This document shows, piece by piece, positions 42,904 through 54,900 of a stretch of 64,000 bases of DNA. The DNA lies in NCBI GenBank assembly GCA_036172245.1, contig JAYWIR010000075.1, positions 186,001-250,000 on the forward strand, given 5' to 3'. The notes beneath the pieces were generated by a model. It did no database searches and was not told where the DNA came from. It worked only from the letters and a program-made list of their open reading frames with translations. The position numbers and the translations under genes were made by a program. The stretch comes from Raillietiella orientalis (taxonomy: Eukaryota). Every line of letters starts with the position of its first letter. The first letter of the stretch is position 1.

Positions 42904-45900
42904 ATGTCTCTTAAGGTGCAGATCCTAAGCGCCGAGAACCTCAACAACATCCAGAAGTTCGGGACCATCGATCCGTATGTCGTGCTTCATCTCCAAGGTA
43001 GGTGCGAGTAGGTGCAATCCTCCGGGCGATGAAGCGGAGTTTCAGGAAACAAGCTCAGGTCTACGGTAAAGAATAATTCCTTAAATCCCAAATGGGACGA
43101 AACACTCACTTTTACTTTCGACGGGAAAAGCTTCGATCCGGCCTCAAAGTTGGAAATTCACGTCAAGGACTACGACAAGATAGGAAGGAACAGGTGTGTT
43201 CTTCTCCTCCTCACCCTTGCCTTTTTTACCGACGATACTCCGGAGGGAATCGAATCCTGGCTCCTTGCTCCCTCTCCCCCAGAGTTCTGGGAGCTGCGTG
43301 CATCTCCCTGCTGAACGTAGTGCACACTGCAAAGCCAGTGGAGTACACTCTGCAGCTCCTCGATTCCCACTCCCGCCCTACGACCGGGTCCATCAAGCTG
43401 AATCTCCATTACACGTCTCCGTCCGTGGCACCGCAAGTCCAGCAGAAGGCAGGGACCGGAGGTAAGCGGATGATCACAGCCTGACTGGTGCGGCGCCTGT
43501 GTTCGGTCGTCAGAAGCTACCCTTCCTTTTCCTCGCACTTGTCATCTGAGCTGAGGGTCGCCGCGGCAACCCAAAGCATGAATCGGGGGCTCCCGAAAGC
43601 GAAACTGGCCAGTAGACTCCGTTCCTAAGCGGCAGTGGAAGGTCACGGATGTGTGCTGCAGATCACCGAAGAAACACGCCTGCACGTGTGCACGCGAAAA
43701 GGGGGAAGGGAGCCACGAGAGGCTCCCACGCGGCGCACGCCGGCGCGCAACCGTCCATCGTCAGAACTCCCTCGGTCAGCAGCGCGTGAACCGCTCGTGC
43801 GCTTGCGGACGGCACGCGAAAAGACGAGGCGGCCTCTCGCCGGTCTCTGTGTGCGGGCACACAGGAACGGCTCCACGGAGCGAAGGCCACGTGCACTCTC
43901 GTTTAGGCAGCCGTCTGTGCCTGCCGGCAGTCGTCGTTCTCTCTGTGTTGCATCATTCTTAAGATTGCTGGTGGTTCATCGATGGATGCGTTTCCCGTGT
44001 CGTCTCGGTGTTTCGGTTCTCGCAAGGTGTCTCCTCTCCGTGTTTGGTTTCTGGTCCTTCCTTTCCTCTCTCCTCTCTCTTTTCCCCGTGACTTGCTTCA
44101 AACTCTCAACCCACTCGCTCCTCGTCACTTCCTGTAATTTGCTATCACCGCGACCTTGCTCGTCAAATCCATCGAAAAGTTTGGAAGTGCGTCCATGCAT
44201 GCAGGGAGCAGAACGAATGATGCGTTCATCTCGTTAGGAGATATTTTGCTGCTCGAACTCCCATCCCCATGCCAGAATCACCCCACGGTTTCCAGTCTCG
44301 TTGCGTAGGACTCATCGCATGGGGCTTTTCCATCGTGTTGTACAGGCAGCAGTGGCTCAGTGGCGCCCACACGTACACACACACAGACACCACACAGGCA
44401 GAAGCTGCTGCATCACTGTTTTGCTGGCCCGCATCCACCATAAGCGATTCACTGCGAGCGATTTGCTCCAATGATGCATCACAATACGGCCGTTTTCCTT
44501 TGTTTCTCCAGGAGCTACGTCTCGTTTCCTCCCGCGCGCTCGGTCCCGCGACCGGTCGGGCTCCTCGGAGTCGGTAGACGCCTTGGCGCGACCAAAGAGC
44601 CTGAATATTCCCTACTGGAGATGCAATTAGAATTGGAAAACAAGAGGCGTGTGCCGCTCGGCCCTGTGCCATTATCTGCGTCTGATGACGGATGCCTCGT
44701 GTCTTGTCATCTTGCGCAGGGATGCTATCCGGAACCCGGAGACTGCTGCTGCTACATCAGCAGCTGCCTTTGACCACAGCGTGTAATTGGAACGTTTCAT
44801 TCCTCCAAGGCAGCCGTGCATGAGACGAGGGGCGCTTCGAGAGCGCGTGTTGGCTTGACCTTATCACAAGCGACGTCCCCGTTTCAAGATTCACTTAGGA
44901 GCCTTCATTTCGGTCCAGTTTTCTTGCGAAAGGCTTGGAGTTTCTCCCATCAACAAGATCGCAATCTATGCGGATATGATAAAAAAAAGGCAGCCTTTTC
45001 TTTTCTTTAACGCGATACGTGGGCAGAATCGTAAACGAAGGTGCAAACACTTGCCGACCGAGGGACGAGGAAACCAGCAGCCGCCAGATCAGTGTCTAGC
45101 TTCCGTGAAGATAGAAAAGCGCTTGCTCGATCAAAAAAAAAAGAACCTACACGGAAGTACATAGGGCGCGAAGCTGTGATTCGCCCACCCGTGGTAAGAC
45201 TTCCGAGAGACAAGGGTCTGAAAATGGCTCATCATTCTTCAGCGGAGTGATGTGGCGAAAAACACCCACGCAAAAAAGGCTCGAGATGAGCATCCTCATG
45301 TACCAAAGATCATCTGTAAGCCGTAGCACCTCACAGCCTAGTTGCTATTATTAGTACATGCAATTGGAAAAGAGATTAGGAACCATGGAGAACTAGAGAA
45401 ACTACGAAAAATTCTTCCCTGTTTAAGTTTTAGGATTCAAAACGACGGTAGATCAAATTTTCGCTGGTCCCTTCTCGCTGGTCCCTTGGGATTGTGGGCG
45501 CTGCAACCGTTTCCACACATCAAAGGAGTTCTCTGCAATGTGATGGAAGCAAACAAAGTTACCCTTGCTTCTCCAGGCGCGCTGTCCCTTTTCGAAGGCG
45601 CGAGTCTCCCTGAAAGCATTGGTGGAGTCCCTGAGAGGAAAGAAGAGCTGGACGAGCTCGTTTCGACTTCTTTATGGCCGCGATCTCTCTTGTCCGCCAG
45701 GGAGATGTCTGTGCGAATGCGTGAGAAAAGCTTCCTCTTGCGGATGGAGCTATTCCTGGGAAAGTATGCCTCGGTTCCCAGAAATGCAGTTGGTCTTCGC
45801 GATGCGGTCCTCCTATCGTCTGCAATAGGTTCCTGGCGTTTCGTAACGCGTGTGCCCGTCGTTCAGGGAGGAAAGTTTAGGTGACGGGTTGTATGCAGTC

Positions 45901-48900
45901 CGAACGAATTCGCTTGAGTTCGTCGCAGAGATGGAGTCGATTGAGAATGAGACCATGAACGGCTCAGAAACAGAGTCGTGGTGGGGGCCAGGTCTGTTTG
46001 GACCAGATGTGCTCTCTTGAAAAGATTGGGTGTGCCGCGCGTCCTATGCAAAACGAGGAGGAGGAGGCGCGTTTCGCAACGGGCTGGTGAAGGCTCTGTC
46101 TCTGACTTCCTGTCTTGCTCGGCTCGACGCCTCAGAAAACAGAAATTCAAAACCGAAGAAGAAATGAAAAAATGTCGGGGGAGCACGGTGGCTGTCTGAT
46201 CTTTGGCACCTGCAGCAAGTGCCTAAGAGCAAGCGATGCAAGGAGAGGATCTCCGGCGTGTTGTTCTGTGAACAACACGTGCTTTCAAGAGAGCATTCTC
46301 TCATCGACAGATTTCCTGGGATGCTTCAGAGGAGGAACACTGTTCCTAGTCTTTTCTCTGCTGCTCTGGACCGATCTCATGATGAGCTTTATGGAAGGCA
46401 CCATTTCTGTTTTCGTGGGAATGTTCGCTAATCATGAAAACACCAACTATGCCCTAGGGCGGCTGTTGATGCAAGTCGTTGAAGTGCAGCATATTAAGTG
46501 ATGTTTCGTAGATTTTACCCATGGATAATTTTTATAGGTAAAGATAAGTTTTATAGGTGCAGATAGGTTTCCTAGATAAGTTTTACAGGCAATAACGGAA
46601 AGCGAAAAATTTGTTGCATACTCGAAAGATTTCGGCTGATTTTCGAGACGCAAGTATTGGTACTGTTGGAGACTCAGCGATCGAAGTCCCGAGTCCGTAG
46701 CTTCAGGAATGCATCCCCGTTACATACTTCTAATTGGAGTCAGAACCCTGCAGGCGAGAGCCGGAAATCCCAGAATGACGTGTAAGCAGTGTGCAAGAGA
46801 AGCACTCAGATGGGTCTCGTCTTAGTGGGATCCTTAAGCCACAAAATCAGAAGGGAAATGAGGAATCGAGTGGTAAGTAAAGGGTCGAGTTACGCTGTCC
46901 AGCATTGCACCAACTGTGCCAAGGACGGCACATTGAGGAGGGAGGAAGAAGAACGTCGAAAAACTCCCTCCAGCAAACAACACAAATACCCACTAACGCA
47001 TAACATGGACCCCTTAAGCGACGCCCAAAAGACTCGACTTTGAAAGATGGTGGTGCATCAAAACTTGCGGTGGTCGCCTGCCTTCTCTCTACGCAGTCAC
47101 CGGGAACCGCAGCGCAAAATGGAAGAGCGGACGACTTTCCGTTGAATGGTTTAGACGCATGCGCCTGACCTTTGGGGCGAGTCGGTCTCGCATTCCATAA
47201 TTTCGCGCTTTACCCACCTGAAACGCAAGCCTAGGAAGTGGAACGCGCAAGATATGCATCGAACTCTTTTATCTCTTCAAAATTCAGATGAATCTCCGAG
47301 AGGAACAAAGTGCCTCTGATCGGAAAAGGGAGGGAGAGAAATCCGAATTTTCTTCGTCCGAGTATCTCAACTTATTTTTTTTTCTCTCACTCTCTCTCTT
47401 TTCTCTCTCGCATCTTATTGTGAAATGAGACAGGAGAGAGTTTCCTTTAGGCCGGACTACTTCTTTCAAGCGGTTTCTGGTTAACGAGAGATCGAGATAA
47501 ACGCCACGTGATAAATACTTCCCCGAAAGGAGTGATGATTTTTTTTTTAGTTGGTTAGTTGTTTTGAATCGCTTCCCCCACTCCCCTACCCCCAGCGGAT
47601 TATGGATTATCAACATCGATTTGAGGAATGTGGGGGGGAATGAGAACTTCTCTGTCCTTCTTTTCCCCCACCTCTCTTCCTTCCTTTATCCTTCGTTTAT
47701 GCTTTCGACCACATGGTCAGGAACGAACCTTTGTGAGCTCTTAGGGCCAAAGATTTCTCCCAAGGAACTCAAGGAGCGGAGAGCTGGAGACTATCCGGAG
47801 AGGAGGCGAAATGGGTGCCTAGGCGGAGGGCGGAATCGGGTCAATCCGTCCCTTTTGTCGAAATGTGAAACAGGGGGTCTTTTCGCTCTTATTCGCTCGC
47901 GGAACGCAAAGCGTCTGTTCAAAGAACTCCAGTGAACTCTAAGGGGAGGATCCGCGATCTCCGAACGCATCTTTCTGCTTGCCAGGCTCCCCTTTCTTCG
48001 GAACTCAGATGTCTGCCTGGGCTCCGCTCGTCCATCTACCGCATGCTGAAGAACAGACAAGCTACAGGAACTGGACACAGGGACAAGCTACTGGAACGAC
48101 AGACTGATCCAGGAACTTGGAGGCTCCGAGAGGATAAATCCGTGCGAAGAGACGGAATTCCGAGGACTGCATCCGATCATCCAAGATTTGAAACTCGTAT
48201 CCCCCCTGATGTTTCCAAGACGTCACGGAGTTCTTAGCACTCCACCTGGTCTCTGAGGGAACGAGTCGAAACCACACTTGGACGCGAAAGCATAGTGTGA
48301 CCGAAGCCACGAGAATGTGGGAGTGACTTAGCCGTTTCACATGTTTTCACTTTCTCGTGAGGTTGCCAGCCAACGCTTTCTCTGCTTGCAAACTTCTTTC
48401 GAGACGAAACTGCACAGAACCCATTGCTACGGCAGCGGAGCGGGTGAATAGGGCATCGGGTGCGTTTGCCATCTGCGATCGGCGAAGCCCCACGGCAAAT
48501 TACGATGGGATTTAACTGACCGAGGAAATTTGGGAAGGAAAGGGTGATGGATAGAATCCCGGAGGGATCTGAAATTTCCTGCGATGGATATCCCGCGCCT
48601 CGCTTGGAGACTCGATCGGGAGAGCCCAGCCCTTTCGAATGCATTCAGTCAGTTGCCCAAGAAGTAAATAAGAGCAAAGAATAAAAATCAAAGCACCCAC
48701 CCTCGTGTGACTTCCACGCCACCCGAGGGTGGGTTATTTTTCAAGAGAAAGGGTGCCCCGGGAGGGGTCCACCCTATGAATCCAGGAAGAACTCGGAGTC
48801 CGTTGCTCTCACATTTTGGGAGGGATCCTCGGAGATGGAGATCACCTCCACCCTGGTTGTCTCCGAGAGGGTATTCTCTCTGGAGGACCCCCGGGAGGTC

Positions 48901-51900
48901 CGCTCCATTTTTTCTTCTTTGAAGAAAACCCGGAAAGGATTCACTCCTCGAATCTCTTCTCCGGAGGGATCCCCCTCAAGAGATCCGCTCCTGTTTACTC
49001 CTCTGAAGAGAACCCAGAAGGGACGCCTCCGAAATTCAGAAGGGTACTGCTCTCCCAGAAGGAAGCGGCTCGCTTCCCTGAACTCTGGAGAGGTGGTGGC
49101 GACACACCTACTCCATCAGCACGATTTGGAGGGTCCCCCAGGAATGGGGGTCCACTCCTTCATAACCGGAGGGGAGCTCCCACTCCATGATTCCTGGAAG
49201 GACCCGGAGGTCGACTCCTATTTGTCCTGGCCCTCAAAGGGAACATCCAGTTTCAACAGCTACCATTGTCGCATCCGGATGAATGGAGGCCAATCAGTGT
49301 CATCTTGCAGGAGGAACTCGAACCCACGACGCTCTGCTCCATTCAGTTCGGAGTATTCGACCCCGCGACGCTTGGTGCCACGCGCGAAGACCACCGTAAC
49401 CACACGGCCTCCGACGTGGGCTGGCAGTTGCTGAGTGGGTTTGGTGTGAAGTGTGTATGCTTCTCTCCCCGTAGAAAGTGCATAGCAGAGGTGCAGAAGA
49501 GTACAATGACTCCTAAGTTCGGAAGTGGAAAGGCGATGAAGAAGGCTGGTAAAGCTCAGAAAACATCGCGAAAGGAGACAAGAAGAAAAAGCGGAAGAGG
49601 AAGGAAAGTTTCGCGATCTACATCTACAAAGTGTTGAAGCAGTTACACCCGGACACGGGCATTTCGAACAAGGTCTTGTCGATCATGAACAGCTTCGTGA
49701 ACAATTTCGAGCTCATCGCTGCAGAGGCGTCCCGCCTGTCGCACTACAAGTGCACCATCATCACCAGCCGAGAGGTGCAGACGGCGGTTGCGCCTGTTGC
49801 TGCCTGGGGAACTGGCCAAGCACGCCGTCTCGGAAGACACGAAAGCAGTGACCAAGTGCACGAGCTCGAAATGAGCATCGTGCAGTTGCTGTCGCCTGCG
49901 GCCCACCTTGTCCTACCAAAACCAACAGTTTTTGGAATAGTGTATGGTGGTACTCATCTAGTCAGCTTGCAGCGGTTTGCCCCCCCTCACTCCCATGGTA
50001 AATGAACCCGTGAAATAACTACCAATTCCCCAGCCTCCTTGGTGACCAAATTCAGAGGGGACCCCTATCTGGAAACAGGGTCTTCTGGCCTTTGCATCAC
50101 TTTGGCCTAGGTTGGAAAAAGACTGGATGCTCTCTGTAGAGTTGGGATGAGACGTGCCTTCAGACGACCGAGGATCGTGATTCGCGCTCGTGGGCATCCA
50201 TCTGCCGTCCTTCCCTCTCTTTTCCTGAGCTCAATGCGAGCAGTTGCAATGGAAATACGCGCTCTTGTATCTGTACCCTCGAGAGTGCAGTTTTCACAGA
50301 ATGCGTTCCCGATGGGATGCTCTTGGGATGCAGTTTGTTCCAAGCTTCGAAGCACACCATGGTTTCCGGCTTCCTGCGTTCCTGAAATTTCCTCAGTTGC
50401 TCTGCCTAAGGAGTGAGCACCTCATCTGGACAGAGTCATTTCTTGTAACACGGTGTCTCTCTTCCTCCCTCCCCCCTTTCCCCCTTCCATTATGCGAGGG
50501 AGAGGAATCGAATACGGAGCGGAGTCTCGACCTTCCAGCTGTGGTATCTTGGAGGTTCCTTTCTTCCCCAAAACCACACCTGAAAGTCGAGCTCCCGCCT
50601 TTCGAATCCCTCCCCATTTCTCGTCTCGTGAACTTCCTTTTCTCGCAAAAAGGTGATCCCAGAACTGACGCTCAGATACGATGGAAAAAAGCTTGGCGCT
50701 TTCTTCCATCGTATCTGGGTGCAAGAAGCTTCCGGGATCGGCTGTCTTTTGATAAGAGGGTACGCGTACGCTTGACATCCGTCATATTCAAAGAATCATT
50801 ACTGTTGTCGCAACAAACCTTGTCGGAGGTGCCTTTCCCGAGATGTTGCCCAGGTGACTCAGCTCGCGAAGTGGCTCTGTCGTCGCGGTGGAACTACGGG
50901 AGTGCCGAAGATGCCCTTCGTCAGCAGAAGATGAACACAGAAGTGAACTTCCAAGTGAGGGTGAGGGTGGTGGAAGCTCGGCAGCTTGTTGGCCTCGGGA
51001 TCCATCCTGTGGTTCGAGTGAAATTGCTCACCGAAACCCACCAGACGAGAATTCACAGCAGCACCAATAACCCCTGGTTCGATGAGATGTTCTTCTTTCA
51101 AGGAAGGAAGAAAGTTGAGGACCTCCTGGAGAACTGCATGACTTTCGAGGTGAGGTGACCTACGAGCGGGTGGTGGACTCACCTGCCTCTCAGGTGTGCA
51201 ACTCTCGCCTACTTCGAAGCGATCCGGTCATCGGCTCCTTTAACGTAAGTGTTGAGGGAGAGAGCAAGCTTCCCTTAGGCGGCGTCCCTTAGCTCTCCCT
51301 GTCACTATGCTACGGAACTCCCATCTTGAATAAGTGGCTCATCCTATCCCGCACGGAGAGCTCCCTTTCCATGATAGCAGGTCAGAGCTACGTTGTGGAA
51401 GCTCCGATCAACCTTTCTCATCAGGCTATCTGAAAGTATCGCTAGCGGTTCTGGGTCCTGGAGACAAGTGTCCCTCCATGGAAGTTTCTACGTCTGCTGG
51501 CGATGACGTTGAAACCAACTTGCTGTGGCCTACTGGAGTTTCATTGCAGCCCGCATACTTCTCCTTAAGCCTGTACAAAGTTTGTGACTTGCCCAGGAGT
51601 AAGGAAAGGTCGTTCTTCCAGTCAGACCCTCCGGTTCTGTTGCATTTCAGTGGACCCTGGTGTCGCAGCCAAACTGAAAAGACTATTTGGGTACGGGGAG
51701 TCCAAGAAAGAACAAGTCGATCCGTATTTAGTAGCGTCCTTTGCTGGACAGTCAGTGACATCCAAGGTCGTCTACATGGACGAGAATCCGACATTCAACC
51801 AAAACCTCAACCTCCACTTTCTTTTTCCTTCCGTATGCAATCAGATCCGACTGGTGCTCATGGATTGGTAGGAGACCGCATGGAAGGGTCGCGTTTACCT

Positions 51901-54900
51901 GCTTACTTCGGTTGCTTAGGGATCGCGCAACGGAGGACGATGTCATAGCAACGGCGTTTCTGGAATTGCCTTCGATTTCATCCTCCGGGAACGACGGTGG
52001 GTAGTGCTTTTCCTCCTCCTGCTTTCTTTTCGGACGAACCTCGAGAACTTCCATTAACTTTTCAGGGTTCCTCCCGACGTTCGGCCCCTGTTTCGTCAAT
52101 TTTTACGGGACTCTAAGGGAGTTCAGCCCGTTCGGAAGAGCGTACGACAAAGAGCTGAATTCGGGGCTAAAGGAAGGCTGTTCCTACAGGGGTCGCGCTT
52201 TTGTCGCATTGAATACTCATGTGGGCACCTACCCAAACCTACCATCAGCTGCCATCGACAACGACAGTGTGCTTCGAGTCGATGTAAGGGCCTTCGCACA
52301 AGTGGCAGCAGACCGCCCCCTTCCTTAGAGGTTCTGCAGGAAGCGAAAATACTTCCTGTATGCCACTTTCCTCGAAGCGACCATGGTGAGCATTGTAGAA
52401 AGCGCAGTGGAATTCGAGGTCAGCATGGGCAACTTCGGCAACAAGTTCGAGGGAGGGGAGCTGCCCAGCCCTAGCTCCACCCAGCCGGCTAACGCTGTCT
52501 TCGACGGGTGCTGGTATGTCACGCGGACGTGCTTCCGTCTTTCCTTTTCCCTTGATCGTCCACTAGCTACTACTTTCTCCCGTGGAAAGAAGTGAAGCCA
52601 TGCGTCGTGGTGACATGCCAGTGGGAAGACGTTGGGTTCCGCTTGGAGGCTCTGAATTTCTTGCTGCATCTGCTTATGCTCCTGGAGGATTGCATCGCGC
52701 AATTGAACGCCTTCGAGAAAGGATCTGGAACAGAGGCCCAGCAACAGAAAGCTCTGGTCACCCTGGCACAGGAGTTCAGGTCGGTGCAAGCTTTGAGTGG
52801 GGTCCCTGGAACGAGCCGTAGCAAGTCGTTGCCGGACATTCCTCCCTTGGGATTGAGCACAAGCAACGAGTTGGATCACCTTCTGCATGCTTCCCGAAAG
52901 AAGGAGCTGGCAGGCATGGAGGAGAAGCTGAAAGAATGGATCGGGAAGACTCCTAGCTTGGTCGAAATCCAGGAGTCACTGGAGTCGATGCGCAGAAAGC
53001 TGCGGACTCTCGCAATTGAGGTGGGATGGCTTGCTGGCATTGCAGTGCTGAAGGAGAAGGGTCCAGCCGCAAGACAGCTATCCCGATGTCATCATATGGA
53101 TGATGAGCAATAACCAGAGGAAGGCTTACTGTCGCATCCCAGCTCATCAGCTATTGTATTCGAAGGAGCCCGTGTTTCGAGGGAGGTTGTGTGGAAGGGT
53201 TCAGACCTTGTCCATGAAGTACCCTGGTAAGTGTCGTCTCTGCTCACCGGGTGGGGACGTGCGAGGGTAAGGCGCACCATTTGTTTTTCTCCTGGTTTTG
53301 TGTCTGATTGTCGTTCTCTAATATGAAGACAGGCAATACAGCAACAGGATCCCTTGTCTGTTGCGCATGAAGCTATGGTTAGGTCTGGAGAGGCAGAGAC
53401 ATCTCTACATCAGCTCTAATCAGGACGCCGACCTGTCCATCTTCGCGGAGACCTTCGAGAACCAAGTAGGTCTATTGGCGGACATTTACGGGAATCCTAG
53501 GCGGTCAGGTGTCCGTCATGGGAAGCTGGACTCAGAAAGGCCCCACTATGACACGTCCTCCGTTTTCTGACGCCGAAGGCCTCTCTGCGCTGCCAAAGGA
53601 AGGCTTCGAAGCTCCAGAAGGGTGGAGATTCTCCGGGGAATGGTTTGTGGATCCGGAGCCGAGGTAACGGTGTTCCAGCTGAGCACGGGCGATGACCGGG
53701 GGATGTCGTGATTCCAGTGCGCAGTTCGACGTGGACGCCGGCCATCAGTCTTTCCTTGTGGATGTCTTCGAGAACAATTCCCGTATCCCTGGTGGTTTCT
53801 GGATGGCTTCCAGCACCAACTGGTCCGACATTCGTGGAGATCCCGCCATCCCTCGAGACTCCACGGAATGCCCTGAGGGATGGAGATGGAAGGACGCTTG
53901 GACCGTGGATCTGAGAAGAGCGGTGGACGACGAAGGTTGGGAGTATACTGTGGAGGCTACAATCGGAGGCTGGACTCCCGTGGAGAAAGTGTATCATTTG
54001 TGTCGCCGTCGGCGCTGGATCAGACTCCGGTGCCTCGAGGAGGATCGAAGAGTCACCAGCCGCCTAGAGACTGCCTCGACGGACGGGTGGCAGTACTCCA
54101 CATTCTTCAGCACCCGATTCCACTCTCGCCCCAAGGCCGTCGACTTCGTTCGCCAGCGCCGTTGGCATCGAAAGCTTGTACCTCGTTCCAGGGAGGAGCA
54201 TGACCTCCCCATTCTCCGAATCACTCTCTCAGGTAGATAGCGTGCGCGCTTGTCCGTGCCATGTCCCTTTCCTCTTTCGTTTCTCCTCGGACAGACGACG
54301 AAGAGCCAAAATTCAAATCTCCGCGGATGTTCTTTTCTTACAACGAGTTTGCCGTCTTCCAGCTCCGCGCTTACGTCTACCAAGCCAGAAGCCTCCTCTC
54401 CGGAGACAAGACTGGGTTCAGCGGTACGTCTCTTCAGGGGCAGTAGTGGGCTCCATCTCACGTCCTGGTGGGACTACTTCCAGATCCTTACGCTTGCATC
54501 AGCTTCCAGAACCAGTCTCTGAAGACCCAGATCATCCAGAAGACACTGTCCCCCAGTTGGGACGAGTGTCTCGTCTTCGACAACATCACCATCTACGGCA
54601 GCCGCCAGATGACGGTGGAGGATCCGCCCGCGGTCTACATCGAACTCTACGACCACGATCATTACGTAGGGACGGGGCAATTGCTTTCCCAGGGGAGACC
54701 TTCCTTTTCTCGCATCTCGCAGGGAGAACCAGAGTACCTGGGTCACTGCCAAGGAACTCCATCAATCAGACTGAGTCCCTATGACGGAGATCCACCAAAG
54801 CTGATGTGGCATCCAATCTTTATGGGCGGCATGCCCGCGGGAGAGTTGCTGTGCTCCTTCGAGCTCTTCGAGCTGTCCGACCAGGAGCTTCCTCCTCTGC

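Noticed and set aside
49875..49950. Histone 3' stem-loop after the H2B pseudogene
   Set aside because: No match to the conserved 16-nt stem-loop consensus.
50244..50853. In-frame upstream extension of the ferlin C2B exon in the 304-aa ORF
   Set aside because: Starts at a non-ATG codon, has no ferlin similarity, and phase-compatible acceptors exist at 50853 and 50862.
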